Source: Azolla caroliniana (Eukaryota; Plantae; Polypodiophyta). Taken from it: a stretch of DNA of 64,000 nucleotides. Below are positions 1 to 12,136 of this stretch, piece by piece. The notes beneath the pieces were generated by a model. That model saw only the letters and a program-made list of their open reading frames with translations, did no database searches and was not told where the DNA came from. The translations under genes were made by a program, and so were the position numbers. How positions within the stretch are numbered: the first letter of the stretch is position 1; each line of letters opens with the position of its first letter. The DNA is taken from the NCBI GenBank assembly GCA_043228905.1, contig JBHGNT010000007.1, forward strand, positions 18,290,001 through 18,354,000, in the 5' to 3' direction.

Positions 1-2952
1 AGACACGGACAAGGTCATGGAGCATTGAATTGTTTTCAACAAATGTTAAATGAAGGTTTCCATCCGGATGAAGTCACCTTTGTTTCTATCTTAAAGGCGT
101 GTGCTAGCATTGGTGATATTGTTATGGGTAAACAGATTCATGATGAGATTGTTATCAGGGGATTTCTTGAGAAATATATCACCCTTGGCACTTCTTTGGT
201 GGACATGTATGCTAAATGTGGTATGCTTGCAAAAGCACAACAAGTGCTGAAAGAGATTCAAGCCCGAGATGTAGTTTGTTGGTCGGTTCTCATTGCAGAG
301 TATGCGCAACAAGGGCAAGGTGAGAAAGCAATCACTTGTTTTGAAGAGATGCAATGTGAGGGCATCTCAGCGGATGTGGTGACATATGTATGTGTCTTGA
401 AGGCATGTGGTAGTATTGGAGCTATAGACAAAGGAAAAGAAATTCATGAAGAGATTGTGAAGAGAGCTACGTTGCGTAACAATGTTATGCTTGGAATTGC
501 TTTGGTGGATATGTATGCAAAATGTGGTGTGCTTGGAAAAGCACAAAAACTTCACGATGAACTTTGCAAACGAAGTGTAATATCGTGGAATGCATTGATA
601 TCAGGGTATGTGCAACAGGGGCAAGGGCATGAAGCAATGAACTGTTTGGATCAGATGCAAAGAGAGGGTTTCTCTCCAGATACTATTACCTTTGTTTGCA
701 TTGTGAAAGCTTGCAGTAGCATAAACTGTTTTAGGACGGGAAAACAGTTCCACGATGAGATCAATTGTCTGGGGTTACTTGCAAAGAGTGTGGTTCTCGG
801 GACTGCTTTGGTGGACATGTATGCTAAATTTGGCATGCTTCGAAAATCACAAGAAGTTCTACAAGAGCTTCCCATTCGAGATGTATACTCTTGGTCAGCA
901 TTAATTTCTGGATATACCCAACAAGGGCAATGTTATGAAGCCTTGAACTGTTTTAAACAGATGCAAGATGAAGGATTGTCTCCAAATGCAGTTACCTTCA
1001 TTTGCATCTTGAAGGCTTGTGCTTGCACAGGAGCTATCAGTAAGGGTGAACAAATTCACAGGGAGGTTCTGAGTAGAGGCTTGTTGGAGAGCGATATGAT
1101 GCTTGGCACTGCTTTGCTAGATATGTATGCTAAATGTGGAGTTCTTGTTAAAGCACAAGAAGTGTTTGAAGACCTTTCTATTCGAGATGTTGTCTCGTGG
1201 TCAGCTTTAATCGGTGGTTATGCTCAACATGGGCAAGGTCACAAAGTTCTCGAGTGTCTTAAACAGATGCAAAATGAGGGATTCATTCCAAATGAAGTAA
1301 CTTTTGTTTCCATTTTGAAAGCTTGTGGCAGCATCACAGCTCTTGACATGGGAGAAAAAATACGGGATGAGATTGCTACTAGGGGCTTGTTAGGGGAAAA
1401 CATAATACTGGACACTGCTTTGGTGGATATGTATGCCAAACGTGGTATGCTAGTAAAGGCACAACAGTTGCATGATAATCTTGCTATCCGAACGGTAGTC
1501 TCTTGGAATGCGTTGATTTCAGGACATGCCCAACAAGGGCAAGAGCATGACGCCTTGAACATCTTTAAATTGATGGAAATTGAGGGCATTTCCCCAGACG
1601 TAATCACATATGTTTGCATCTTGAAGGCATGTGGAAGCACAGGAGATGCTGCGAAGGGCAAAGAAATTCATTATGAAATTGTGAATAAGGGATTGCTAGA
1701 GGAAAACCTCATGCTTTCCAGTGCTTTGGTGGACATGTACGCAAAATGTGGTATGCTTGCAAAAGCACAACAATGTCATGATAACATAAGTTTCCGGAGT
1801 GTCATCTCTTGGAATTCTTTAATTTCAGGATATTCCCAACAGGGGCAAGGCCATGAAGCATTGAAATGTTTTGAGCAAATGCAAAATGAAGGTTTCTCTC
1901 CTGATGTAGTCACCTTTATTTGCATGTTAAAGGCATGCAGTTCCATAGGTTCTCTTCACAAAGGCAAAGAAATTCACAATGAGATTGTTAGGAGAGGCAT
2001 GCTGGATAAAAACATTATTCTTGGTACTGCATTGGTGGATATGTATGCCAAATGTGGTCTTCATGGAAAAGCTGCAGAACTGCTCAAAGAGCTTCCTATT
2101 GGCGAAGCAAAGTTTTGGAATGCTCTGATTTCAGGATATGCTGAACAAGGCCAAAGTCGTGAAGCTTTAGATTGTTTTGAACGGATGCAAAATGAGGGCT
2201 CCTTTCCAATAGCGTCCACTTTCATTTGCGTTTTGAAGGCATGCGGTATTACAGGATCTATTGACAAGGGCAAACAAATTCATGAGGAGATTATACGTCA
2301 GGACTTGCTCGATAAAGATACAATGCTTGGCACAGCTTTGGTAGATATGTATGCTAAATGTGGTGCTCTTCCAAAAGCAGCTGAAGTGCTCGAACACCTT
2401 CCTATTCGAGACATTGTTGCTTGGAATGCATTGATAGCAGGATATGCTCAGCAAGGGCAAGGCCAAATTGCAGTAGAATGCTTAAATAAGTTACAAATTG
2501 AGGGCCTCTGTCCTGATAACATCACCTTTTTATGTGTTTTGAGTGCTTGCAGTCACTCGGGGCTTGTAGAGGAGGCTGAAAGGCATTATGAAAGTATGAC
2601 AAGGAAATATAACATTGTACCAACTCTAGAGCACCATATGTGTATGGTTACTGTTTTTGGATGTGTGGGCCAGTTTGACAAGGCAATGTCAATGGTTGAA
2701 ACAATGCCGTCTTGTGATTGTAGTGCAATATGGCTTGCACTTCTAGGTGCTTGTAGAAAATGGAGCAATTCAAGGCTTGGAATATTTGCTTTTGATCAGT
2801 CGGTGCGATGCGGTAGTGATTGTGGTGCTGCTTATGTGATGATGGCCGATATTTATGCCAATATTGGCATGCAAAAAGATGCAGAGATGTTGGAAGGCAT
2901 GAGACGTGCTTTGAAGAATCCAGGAAGTCATGTGTGGGTTGGTGCAAGGTGA
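1..2952 (+). CDS. PLS-class pentatricopeptide repeat (PPR) protein, E-type; putative organellar RNA-editing factor; 5' end lies upstream of the window
   Basis: Frame is open from base 1 (RHGQGHGALNCF...). About nine P-L-S triplets of ~101 aa (VVSWNALISGYAQQGQG / VTFVCILKACGSIG / GTALVDMYAKCG), then L2-S2 (FLCVLSACSHSGLV, PTLEHHMCMV), E1 (AIWLALLGACRKW), E2 (AAYVMMADIYA) and a PG-box (KNPGS); stop at 2950-2952. No DYW domain in frame. Confidence 0.95.
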   Translation, partial: RHGQGHGALNCFQQMLNEGFHPDEVTFVSILKACASIGDIVMGKQIHDEIVIRGFLEKYITLGTSLVDMYAKCGMLAKAQQVLKEIQARDVVCWSVLIAEYAQQGQGEKAITCFEEMQCEGISADVVTYVCVLKACGSIGAIDKGKEIHEEIVKRATLRNNVMLGIALVDMYAKCGVLGKAQKLHDELCKRSVISWNALISGYVQQGQGHEAMNCLDQMQREGFSPDTITFVCIVKACSSINCFRTGKQFHDEINCLGLLAKSVVLGTALVDMYAKFGMLRKSQEVLQELPIRDVYSWSALISGYTQQGQCYEALNCFKQMQDEGLSPNAVTFICILKACACTGAISKGEQIHREVLSRGLLESDMMLGTALLDMYAKCGVLVKAQEVFEDLSIRDVVSWSALIGGYAQHGQGHKVLECLKQMQNEGFIPNEVTFVSILKACGSITALDMGEKIRDEIATRGLLGENIILDTALVDMYAKRGMLVKAQQLHDNLAIRTVVSWNALISGHAQQGQEHDALNIFKLMEIEGISPDVITYVCILKACGSTGDAAKGKEIHYEIVNKGLLEENLMLSSALVDMYAKCGMLAKAQQCHDNISFRSVISWNSLISGYSQQGQGHEALKCFEQMQNEGFSPDVVTFICMLKACSSIGSLHKGKEIHNEIVRRGMLDKNIILGTALVDMYAKCGLHGKAAELLKELPIGEAKFWNALISGYAEQGQSREALDCFERMQNEGSFPIASTFICVLKACGITGSIDKGKQIHEEIIRQDLLDKDTMLGTALVDMYAKCGALPKAAEVLEHLPIRDIVAWNALIAGYAQQGQGQIAVECLNKLQIEGLCPDNITFLCVLSACSHSGLVEEAERHYESMTRKYNIVPTLEHHMCMVTVFGCVGQFDKAMSMVETMPSCDCSAIWLALLGACRKWSNSRLGIFAFDQSVRCGSDCGAAYVMMADIYANIGMQKDAEMLEGMRRALKNPGSHVWVGAR

Positions 2953-3316
2953 TAACATTCGCTCAAATTTCTCTATTGGAAATGCAAATACATTATCAAA
3001 AGGAAAGGTGTAATCATGCATGTTCAAAGAAACGATATAACATATTTGCCTTAAAATATACACAATCCTTGGCTAAATATGTGGGAAAAAGGCCAATAGG
3101 GAGATGAAAAGGAACTTCAAACAAAGAGTTGAAAAATTGATCAATCCAAGTACTCCCGTCCTTAACCTAATGTGCCAGCAAAAAGAGTTTATAAAGTATT
3201 GGATGATATGCTAGAGCACAACTTAACAACCATGGTACTAACTCAGAAGATGAGTTTCCCTCATTTGGGTACATGTACAATATGTGATAAGGTAGTGTAG
3301 GTATGAATCTGTACAG

Positions 3317-3840
3317 ATTGGGCAAAAAGAATTTTCTATGTCATGATTTTTCAGATAGCTTGTTTGAAGTTCAAACAAGTTTACAGTATCTGTAGCATGC
3401 AAATGAGATTTAAATGATGTACAAACACTTTTACAAAAGGTGATGAATTGTTTCACCGAATTCAAATGGCTAAGAAATGGAACCACTGCTGCTAAGCTAT
3501 TCTCCAAGAACCTGTATACCTTCTACAAACCATGAGAAGTATTGCGCAAAGATAAATTCCATGTAATGAATTCAGAAGTTTATAATTGTTGTAATAGGTA
3601 TAATAACAAGATCTAAACAATGTACAAACACTTTTGTAAAAGGGGATGAAGAGTTTCTCCGAATCGAAATAGTTTAGAAATGGAACCATGCTGCCAAGCT
3701 GTTACCAAGAACTCGTGTACCTTCCACAATCCATGAGAGGTATTGGGCAAAGAGAAATTCTCTATGTTATAAATTCTCATATAGCTCGTTCGAAGGTCAA
3801 ACAAATTTACAATTTCTATAAGAGGTATTCAAATGAGATT
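3317..3840. repeat. Degenerate tandem duplication, ~210-225 bp period, ~2.4 copies
   Basis: Block 'tgtacaaacactttt...agaaatggaacca...ccaagaac...ccatgaga' occurs at ~3418-3550 and ~3621-3752; block 'ttgggcaaa...tcaaacaa...caaatgagatt' occurs at ~3318-3410 and ~3743-3840. Confidence 0.75.
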
Positions 3841-6350
3841 CAACAATATGCACTAATGATTCTTTATGCATGTACACACTGTCTTGTTGTGCATGCTAGG
3901 CAAAAGTGTACTAGTGCATGAGGAATTGACCCTTTGGAGCATCACTTATTCCCAATGCCACTCACTTGTTAAGGTGACTTGCCATTTGGGGATAAGGTAT
4001 ATAGCTAGTCAATACTCTAGTCACTAGGCATTCAATTTGGTTTTGTGAGGTGTATGTGTATATGAGGCCACCCATTTATGGGAAAGGGTTGTTGCTTCAT
4101 TGGTTATTACTAAACTAGAGCTAGAATGTTATAAAGTTCGCCAACTTGTCACGTCCATAATAATGTTAAGAGGGAGATTAATAGCTAGGAGAGTATGTAG
4201 ATTAGGGTTGGTGAGACCTACTTCTAAATATTTGCATCTCTGCCACTCTAACATACGTCAATCCACATGACAAACATATAGGGCGGGAGAATCTACCTCA
4301 AAGCCAACATCTCCTCTACAATCTTCATGACCCCGTAACACTTTCTCTCAAACTTACCCATATGATGAGAGCTAAAATGCTTTCAAAGTACCTCACAACA
4401 CACAAACACACACATCTCATACATATATCGCTTGTAATCATAGCGTGTAGTAAGGGTCTCTAGATGAAATAAGATTATCATCACTTATATGACTTCATAA
4501 TTTGATACCCTCTTATTTCTATATGGTGGCGATAAGTTCTTCACCGTATTTAGGTTGAATGCCACTCTTTCAAATTCATTGAAAACTTCAAATTGAGGTC
4601 GGAGAATATTAGCCAAGTGTATAATGTGAAATTATGTAGGTTCCTTATCGCATGACCCATGCGATCCCATTGGGGGGGCATTTTTGTTGTGTAATTTTTA
4701 TGAAGCCAAAAGGGGCCCAAAAAGTAAATAGTAGGATTGGCCAAAAACCATTGGCATAAAAAATCCACTATATGTAAAAACACAACTTGTTCATGCTTGT
4801 ATTTAGACCAATCAATATTTGGCATGCTATACTTGGTCATATTGGCAAAAGTTGTTACCATGTGTGTGTTTTCTCTAGGCATGTTATAACTTTCACACCA
4901 ATCATGAATGCTTCTTGTGGTCCATAAGATATTACGTATGTACATACCTAAAAATGTTTGCACATAGTATGCATGGTTCTTGGTGTGTTTCCTACCCTCT
5001 TGCTCTATGAACAAAGAGATTGAACACCAGTAATCCATGTGGCATTGACACTTGGTAAGAGATAGTACAAACAACACAAATTGCCCTCTAAATTTTTCAA
5101 AATGTTCCAAAGTGCAATTGGACATTGGGTTCATGTCAATGTCGAGTTAGGCGAACCAATGAAAACTAATATTTATTTCTTATCCTTACTCATCTATGAA
5201 CAGCTTAGTAACATAAGCTTTGGAATTTATCGAAGTGTTTAGGGGAATCAACATATTGTCACAATTTTAATGACCGTTACAAGATTTCCCCTTTCAAGTA
5301 CATGATGACGCACATGATCTTATCATTATCTTGTTCCCTTTTTTCCCATGATCACAATGACAAGATTCTCACATCGTAAGGAAAAGCACTAATACAATTC
5401 GTGTTTCTTTTATCCTCTTTTGAATCTCTAGGGAAATAACATGGCTTGAACCCCACTTAATTAAAATGGTCTTTGAATAGAGTTTCAAATTTCAAAGAGC
5501 TTCATAAATCCTTGTGGTGATGTTCGATGTAACCCATCATGCATTTTGAAAATCCAATAAGATATTCTATCATAAACATGTTAACATGTATATATATGTA
5601 TGTTTACACAATTGATTATTCACACTTGCAACACATGATGTATGATGCTCTCCACTTGTTCTATCTACCTTACTGAAGAAGTCTGGAATCCCTTTTTAAT
5701 AAACAATTATATAAACTTTATAGGACTGTAGTTGATAATATTGCTTTGGTATATTTTAAAGTATGCAACATAGGAGTGCATGTTGTACTTATAATGTGTT
5801 ATGGTCATTTGTGGAAGAATCTTGTACAATAATTTTGTAGGACACAATTTACAATAAGATAGTATATTATTTTCTTCCGTTTATCAATTGAAGCAATGAT
5901 CATAAAGTAACCAATTATATCGATATTGATTTCAAACAACCAATTTAAAGTAAGGGTGTGAGTTCATGTGGTTAAAGAAAAAGATATGCATCAATGTAGA
6001 AGTAATTATAATGTAACTACTAATATAATTTAGACACATGCACAACCTACATTTCCGAAACAATTAGAGGGCTATGGATTCACTAACCTATGCACACATT
6101 TTAATTGTTTCTAATAATCTTCATCATCACATTGGCAATCGTTGAGATAACAAGCTCAAGCACACAAACTCCTTGTGGCATGCGTGTTTTCAGGACCACG
6201 ATTGACTTAAAGAATGGGTGGATATCACACAGTATGCTCATTCTTGTTTATTAGATTGTTCCTAACTATTCCGTTATAGCCTCTTAGTTGTTTGTGTGTT
6301 ATCCTTGATGTCGTCGTTCAAGAAAAACAAGTTGTTAAGCATTGTTGTGG

Positions 6351-6378
6351 TTTAGGGTTTAGGGTTTAGGGTTTAGGG
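6351..6378 (+). repeat. Interstitial plant telomeric repeat (TTTAGGG)4
   Basis: Four perfect TTTAGGG units read directly from the sequence. Confidence 0.85.
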
Positions 6379-8619
6379 TTTGGCAACTGTATTGTAGTTG
6401 GTTTGTGGTGGAAGAGCTCTGTCGTAGTCCATGTGTTGTGAAGTTTGAAGAAGATGAAACTATCACCAACAAGGTTCTGTTCAAGAGGAGCATGCCACCA
6501 TTCTTGACACAACATGTGGACACCCAAACTTAGCATGAAAGTGGGAGAAGAAGACGAAACTCCAAAAGAAGGGAGAGTCTCAAAGAAAACCACCAAAACA
6601 AATTGGAATTTTGGTTTTGTGGCAAGCTTGTTGTCCAACCACATTCAGCAACTCACGGCTTACATTGTCAACTTCAACTATGACAATTACGACAAAATGT
6701 TTGTGATAAATCATGAAGCAAATTGTATGACGACAATCATTAACAATGTCGTATGAAAGCATGTTGCATCTTGTCCATGTGTGGGTGGAACTTGTGTTAG
6801 GAGATGCATTGATGTAGACATACGGATTATGAACTATACACTTGGAGCAAAGGAGAAATGGGTATATCATGATAGACTTAGCTAGGAAACATACATAAGC
6901 TTAAAAAAAGTAAATGAAAAAATAGATCAAAATTCAAATTGAACCCTTTGCTTATTGTTAAAATTGAACTTACCTAGGATAGTAGTTCAAGCTTCCTTGT
7001 CTTTTCCCACCCATTACAACTCACGATCCATGACCCACATTTAGCGTTTTTGCACAAGTCCAACCATGTTGGGATAGGTGCACACATGGCACTACATGGA
7101 AATCATGTATTTGCCTAAGTTTCTAGATAAGGATCAATGTATTTGTTCATGGAGTTTCCAATGCTTCATAAATTATAGGTACACTTTGAACTGTTTCGTT
7201 GTACATATGTTCAAATGTTTCTTTATTTACTTAAAGTTTTGTCCCTTGGAAGAATGGTTAGTTTAGAGGCGGTTTTGAGGTTCACACCATACATTGAAGG
7301 CAACATGACATTGGGGGAATGACCTATGGTTCGTGGACTCGATGCATCATACAATAAAATATGAAGAATGGTTTTTGATCATTTGTAGACACCAACTTAA
7401 CCAACCCGACTAAATGAAAATGACTTTGTGAAATAAGTAGAGTTTATGATAATTTATAAAATTCCACGAAATAACAAACTAAGTATTTGCAAAATCAAAC
7501 TAAAATATCAAAATGGATTAGTGGGCCCAAACCAGACTCACTCTTTATATATCCTAGAGCATCTAACATTAGCTTGTAGGCTATTTTATTAGCAATCGTT
7601 TTCATAACAGTCATATGCCACCTGCTAGCCATGTAGAAAAACTTAATACTTGTGTAACAACACTTGGCGGCCATGCAAGGGCTTACATAATATATATAGA
7701 CCCAACACCCATTGAGCAATGTTTTAATATATTTAATATTATCTCACACATTATGATCTTTATTCGTTTTAAGAGCTTGTTTGAAGTGGATATATATCCC
7801 TAAGTTATGTTATCCTCAATACGTTATTCTCCCATGACAAACACATTGTTCTATCATATCTCTTTCTTTCAACCAAACTTGCCTTCTTGAATTTTTCATA
7901 TCCATCTCTCTCACTCGTATAGAGATCAAGTGATTTCTTCCCCACTAGCACATAATCTTGTATAATCACCATACGATAACTTGGGCAATACCACACACTT
8001 GATGTGCCACATCAATAACATCCCATTTAGTGTCTATGGAGGCTAGAGGTCATCAAGGTTATATTGCTTACTCCCACTATTACAAAGAGTATAATGTCGA
8101 TTTGGCAAATTGTGAATCAAGGCATGCTAGCTTGATTCAACAACTTCATTGAAAACCTCAATTACAAGGGTCTGCAAGGTCACTTGGGAAAAAAAGATAA
8201 GGGTAGATGAGATAAGGGTAGATGTTCATCCTTGTTAGTAACCTAACAAAATTTATGCTATTTTCCAAAGAAAAAAAAGACATGTTCTTCGATATTGAAA
8301 TAGGGCACAAACACTTTGGCCATATCAACTTACAAATGTTGCGGACAATATAAACGAAGAGGAATTGTGAGTGGACTCTTGAACTTGAAGGGAAATAAGG
8401 TGATTGGTGTGTGGGAAACATGTTGATATGGAAGCAACGCGACATCCATTTCCAAATGATCAAAATGTGTGTCGTTGAATCTTAAATGTCATCTAATCAA
8501 TATGGTGACATGTGGAAATTACAACACATTGTCACGATGATGTGCGTACGCGTGCAACTTGAGTGGGACCATAGGGGGTCTTAGACCAAGGAGTCGAAAG
8601 GGAAGAGGAAGTCGAGGAT

Positions 8620-9245
8620 TTGCGCTTGTCAATCAATGCTCGTTGAACATTCTCTGCTCGACCAAAGGTCTCAGGGAAAGCTTCTTGTTAGACAAAGGTT
8701 GGTCGACCTTTTTCATTGGACAAAGGTCTCATCGAGGGACTAGTTAGAGAAAGATACCCTTGTTGAGGGGAGATGGATGGGTAAGCCTGAATCAATCCCA
8801 AGGGACAAACTTGTTGATCAGAGCTCGTCGAAAGTTCTCTACTTGACCAAAGGTCTCAGCCAAAACTTATTTTCGAACAAAGGCCTCGTTGATCTTTCTC
8901 GTCGGACAAAGGCCTCGTCAACCTTTTTCGTTGAACAAAGGCCTCTTCGAAGGAAGATACCCTTGTGGAGGGCAGATGTATGGGTAAGCCCAAATCGAAC
9001 CTAAGGGATGAATGTTCGACTAGTTGAACAAAGATGCCTTTGTTGAGGGGAGATGCATGGGCAAGCCCGAATCAATCCCAAGGCACGAATGCTCGTCTAG
9101 TCGAACAAAGATGCCTTTGTTGAGGGGAGATGCATCAGCAAGCTTGAATCAATCACAAGGCATGAATGTTCGTCTAGTCGAACAAAGATGTCTTTGTTGA
9201 GGGGAGATGCATGGGCAAGCCCGAATGAATCCTAAGGCACGAATG
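8620..9245 (+). repeat. Hierarchical tandem array: ~203-bp units followed by four 77-bp units; probably non-coding DNA of an older retroelement
   Basis: Motif 'aagat.cc.ttgt.gaggg.agatg.atggg.aagcc' starts at 8751, 8954, 9031, 9108 and 9185. The last unit is cut by the copia 5' LTR. Confidence 0.8.
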
Positions 9246-9844
9246 TGTTGGGATTTCGGTCCCTTCGGATGGGATGGTCGGATGTCGGAGGCCAATGCCG
9301 ACAAGCCCGGTTTCGGTTTCGGAACCGGATGATGAAGACCCCGACTTCGGAGTCGGATGACGAATGTACCCGAAGAAGAAATCCGGATGCAGGGACATAT
9401 CCGTGAATATGTCTGCTAAGGGCCCCTCTGAGGCTATAGTTGTAAATAGCCCTAAAGTCATATATGTATAAATATGACTTAGGGCAAACAGTTTTAGTGT
9501 TGCTACCCTTTTTTTCTGTTTTTCCACTCTAGAGGAGTGAAGAGAGAGAGCAGCCGTGAGAGAGAGAGAGAGGAAGAGGTCGACGCCTCTGTGTATTTCC
9601 GCCGCCTGTGGCGAGGACAGCGAGCTCAAGGTCGTCGCCTTGCAGCTCGCCATTGTATACTTCTTTTGTATAGTGTTGGTTTGGAGTCTTGTACTCCCGT
9701 GGTTTTTCCCATCTAGGGTTTTCCACGTTAATCCTTGTGTTCGCGTTTGTTTCTTCGTTTGGTTCCTATTTTCTGCTGCATTGATCCGCGATTACTCGGT
9801 TGTGGCCGAGTGGTGAAGGTGAATCGAAGCGTCGATTCCCAACA
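9246..9844 (+). repeat. 5' LTR of the copia element (599 bp)
   Basis: TG...CA termini, followed by the PBS; internal TATAAAT at ~9467; direct repeat of 13959-14572. Confidence 0.95.
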
Positions 9845-9874
9845 AACTGGTATCAGAGCGAACTGCTGCAGAAA

Positions 9875-12136
9875 ATGGAAGGCGGCGGCAGCGGGCAGCC
9901 GGGGATGATGGTGCTGAATGCGCAGAATTACGCCGACTGGAAGATCAAGATGGAGGATCTTCTGATTGTTCGGGACCTGTACGAACCGATTGACAGGTCG
10001 GAAATACCGAAAGGGGTACTTGAGTCGGAGTGGAAGCTCCTGAACCGGAAAGCCGTAGCGACGATCCGACAATATGTCGATGTAAGCGTCCTACAACATG
10101 TGGCGAACGACACCAACGCATATGAGATGTGGAAGAAGCTGTCGGGCCTCTACGAGAGGAAGAATGCCTTGAACCGGACCTCCCTGATGAGGAAGATAGT
10201 GAACCTCAAGTATCGAGACGGCGAGAGTATGGTGGAACACGTAAGCACGTTCATGGGATTCGTGAATCAGCTTGCGGCGATCAAGTTCCCGTTGGAGGAT
10301 GCAATGCAAGCCATCATCCTGATGTGTACATTGCCGGAAAGCTGGGAGAACTTGGTGGTGACTCTCAGCACCTCCTGCACAGAAGATAACTTGTCCTTGC
10401 AAACGGTAAAGACGAGTATTTTGAATGAAGAAGCGCGTCGGAGAGATAAAGAACCGGCCTCCGACCCGAAGGCGCTGCTTACCGAATCGGATCGGGGAAG
10501 ACAATGGAACCGGAGTCCGCAAAGACGGGAGAAGTCGGGGACCCGGTCGCAGTCAAGAGGAAGGCCCACATGCTTCCACTGTGGGAAGCCGGGGCACTTC
10601 CGAAAGAATTGTCGGCATTACCGAAAAGACAACGGAGCCGACGACACCGATTCGAAGAAGTCACCGGAGAGAAACGGTGCATACCGGGGAGCCACGGACC
10701 GGAGAGGTTCGGATCGGCGAGGGCAGGACAGGAAAGGAACGACGGCACTCGCGGCAAGTGAGGAAGAAATCATGGTCATCATCGAAGAAGGTGAACTAAA
10801 CATTGCCGGCGATGAGACGACCTGGGTGGTCGATTCCGGAGCATCGTTCCATCTGACCCCGGAGAGAAGATACTTCTCATCCTACACAGCCGGTGAGCAT
10901 GGCTGTGTTCGGATGGGAAATGAAGGTACGTGCCAGATTGCCGGCATAGGAGACGTGTGGTTGACAACCCCGACCGGATGCAAAATGCTGCTGAAGGATG
11001 TCCGACACGTTCCGGAGGTTCGATTGAACCTGATTTCGGCCGGGAGGCTGGACGATGAAGGCTACACAGGTAGCATCCGGAACGGCGTGATGAAGTTCAG
11101 CAAGGGGAGCCTGATAGTGGCTCGGGCCCGGAAAGACAACACACTGTACCTGATGAATGCCCGGTTATGTCCGGAAGAGCTGAATGTGGCAGCCGACACT
11201 GCCGGTGAGTTGTGGCACAAGAGACTGTGCCACATGAGTGTGAAGGGGATGAAGAGGCTTGCAGAAGACAACCTCATTCCAGTGAAGCATGTGCACCTGG
11301 AGAAGTGCACCGATTGCCTGGCCGGTAAGCAGAACCGAACCTCCTTCCACTCAAGGCCACCGACGAGACGTAGAGCACCATTGGAGTTGGTGCACACCGA
11401 TGTGTGTAAGGTAGAAACGAAGTCACATGGCGGAGCCCAGTACTTCGTAACATTCATAGATGATCATAGCCGAAGACTGTGGACGGCACCGATGAAGACA
11501 AAGGACCACGTGTTGTCCGTCTTCAAAGATCTCCACGCGAGAGTGGAAAGAGAATCCGGCAAGAAGCTGAAAGCGATACGAGCGGATAACGGAGGGGAAT
11601 ACCGGGGACAGTTCCAGGAGTACTGTCGCTCGAAGGGAATCCGGCTCGAGTTTACTGTGCCGAAGACGCCGGAACTGAACGGGCTGGCCGAGAGGATGAG
11701 CCGGACCATAATGGAGAGGGTCCGGAGTATGCTGGCGCATGCGAAATTACCCAAGGGGTTTTGGGCTGAGGCAATGTCGACGGCGACATATGTGATAAAC
11801 CGATCACCCTCAGTACCTTTGGACGGAGACACGCCGCAGAGAGTGTGGACCGGTAGGGAAGTATCCTACCGGCATCTGAAGGTGTTCGGGTGTCTCGCAT
11901 ACGTGCATGTGGCAAAGGACCGGAGAGGAAAGCTAGATCCAAAGACCCGGCCATGCATATTCCTCGGTTACGGCGACGACGAGTTCGGCTACCGAGTGTG
12001 GGACCCGGTCGACAAGAAGATATTCAGGAGTCGAGACATCATCTTCATGGAGGACAAGACACTCGCCGACTGGGAATCGGAGAAGAAGATGAAGAGCTCC
12101 AAGTCGACCGGTGAGGATCAACTCTACGAGGAGTAG
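9875..12136 (+). CDS. Copia Gag-protease-integrase part of the polyprotein
   Basis: Gag (NYADWKIKMEDLL, LPESWENLV), zinc knuckle CFHCGKPGHFRKNC, protease WVVDSGASFH, GAG-pre-integrase/HHCC (LWHKRLCH...CTDC), integrase VHTDVC, RADNGGEY, NGLAER and GKLDPK. Ends at TAG 12134-12136. Confidence 0.93.
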   Translation: MEGGGSGQPGMMVLNAQNYADWKIKMEDLLIVRDLYEPIDRSEIPKGVLESEWKLLNRKAVATIRQYVDVSVLQHVANDTNAYEMWKKLSGLYERKNALNRTSLMRKIVNLKYRDGESMVEHVSTFMGFVNQLAAIKFPLEDAMQAIILMCTLPESWENLVVTLSTSCTEDNLSLQTVKTSILNEEARRRDKEPASDPKALLTESDRGRQWNRSPQRREKSGTRSQSRGRPTCFHCGKPGHFRKNCRHYRKDNGADDTDSKKSPERNGAYRGATDRRGSDRRGQDRKGTTALAASEEEIMVIIEEGELNIAGDETTWVVDSGASFHLTPERRYFSSYTAGEHGCVRMGNEGTCQIAGIGDVWLTTPTGCKMLLKDVRHVPEVRLNLISAGRLDDEGYTGSIRNGVMKFSKGSLIVARARKDNTLYLMNARLCPEELNVAADTAGELWHKRLCHMSVKGMKRLAEDNLIPVKHVHLEKCTDCLAGKQNRTSFHSRPPTRRRAPLELVHTDVCKVETKSHGGAQYFVTFIDDHSRRLWTAPMKTKDHVLSVFKDLHARVERESGKKLKAIRADNGGEYRGQFQEYCRSKGIRLEFTVPKTPELNGLAERMSRTIMERVRSMLAHAKLPKGFWAEAMSTATYVINRSPSVPLDGDTPQRVWTGREVSYRHLKVFGCLAYVHVAKDRRGKLDPKTRPCIFLGYGDDEFGYRVWDPVDKKIFRSRDIIFMEDKTLADWESEKKMKSSKSTGEDQLYEE

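Noticed and set aside
91-2947. Many antisense and alternate-frame ORFs over the PPR gene
   Set aside because: Shadows of a repetitive coding sequence with no recognisable motifs.
3950-8500. Possible DNA-transposase remnants (e.g. SWIM-like DKDQCICSWSFQ at ~7130; 194-aa ORF 4550-5134)
   Set aside because: Too degenerate to assign by eye; no TIRs or catalytic motifs confirmed. Needs a translated HMM search.
8950-9245. Regularly spaced repeats resembling a CRISPR array (also 15491-15801 and 54950-55165)
   Set aside because: Whole units repeat without unique spacers, the context is eukaryotic, and there are no cas genes.
9800-9874. ORF-track start of the 778-aa ORF inside the LTR
   Set aside because: It uses a non-ATG codon within the LTR/PBS; the plausible start is ATG 9875.
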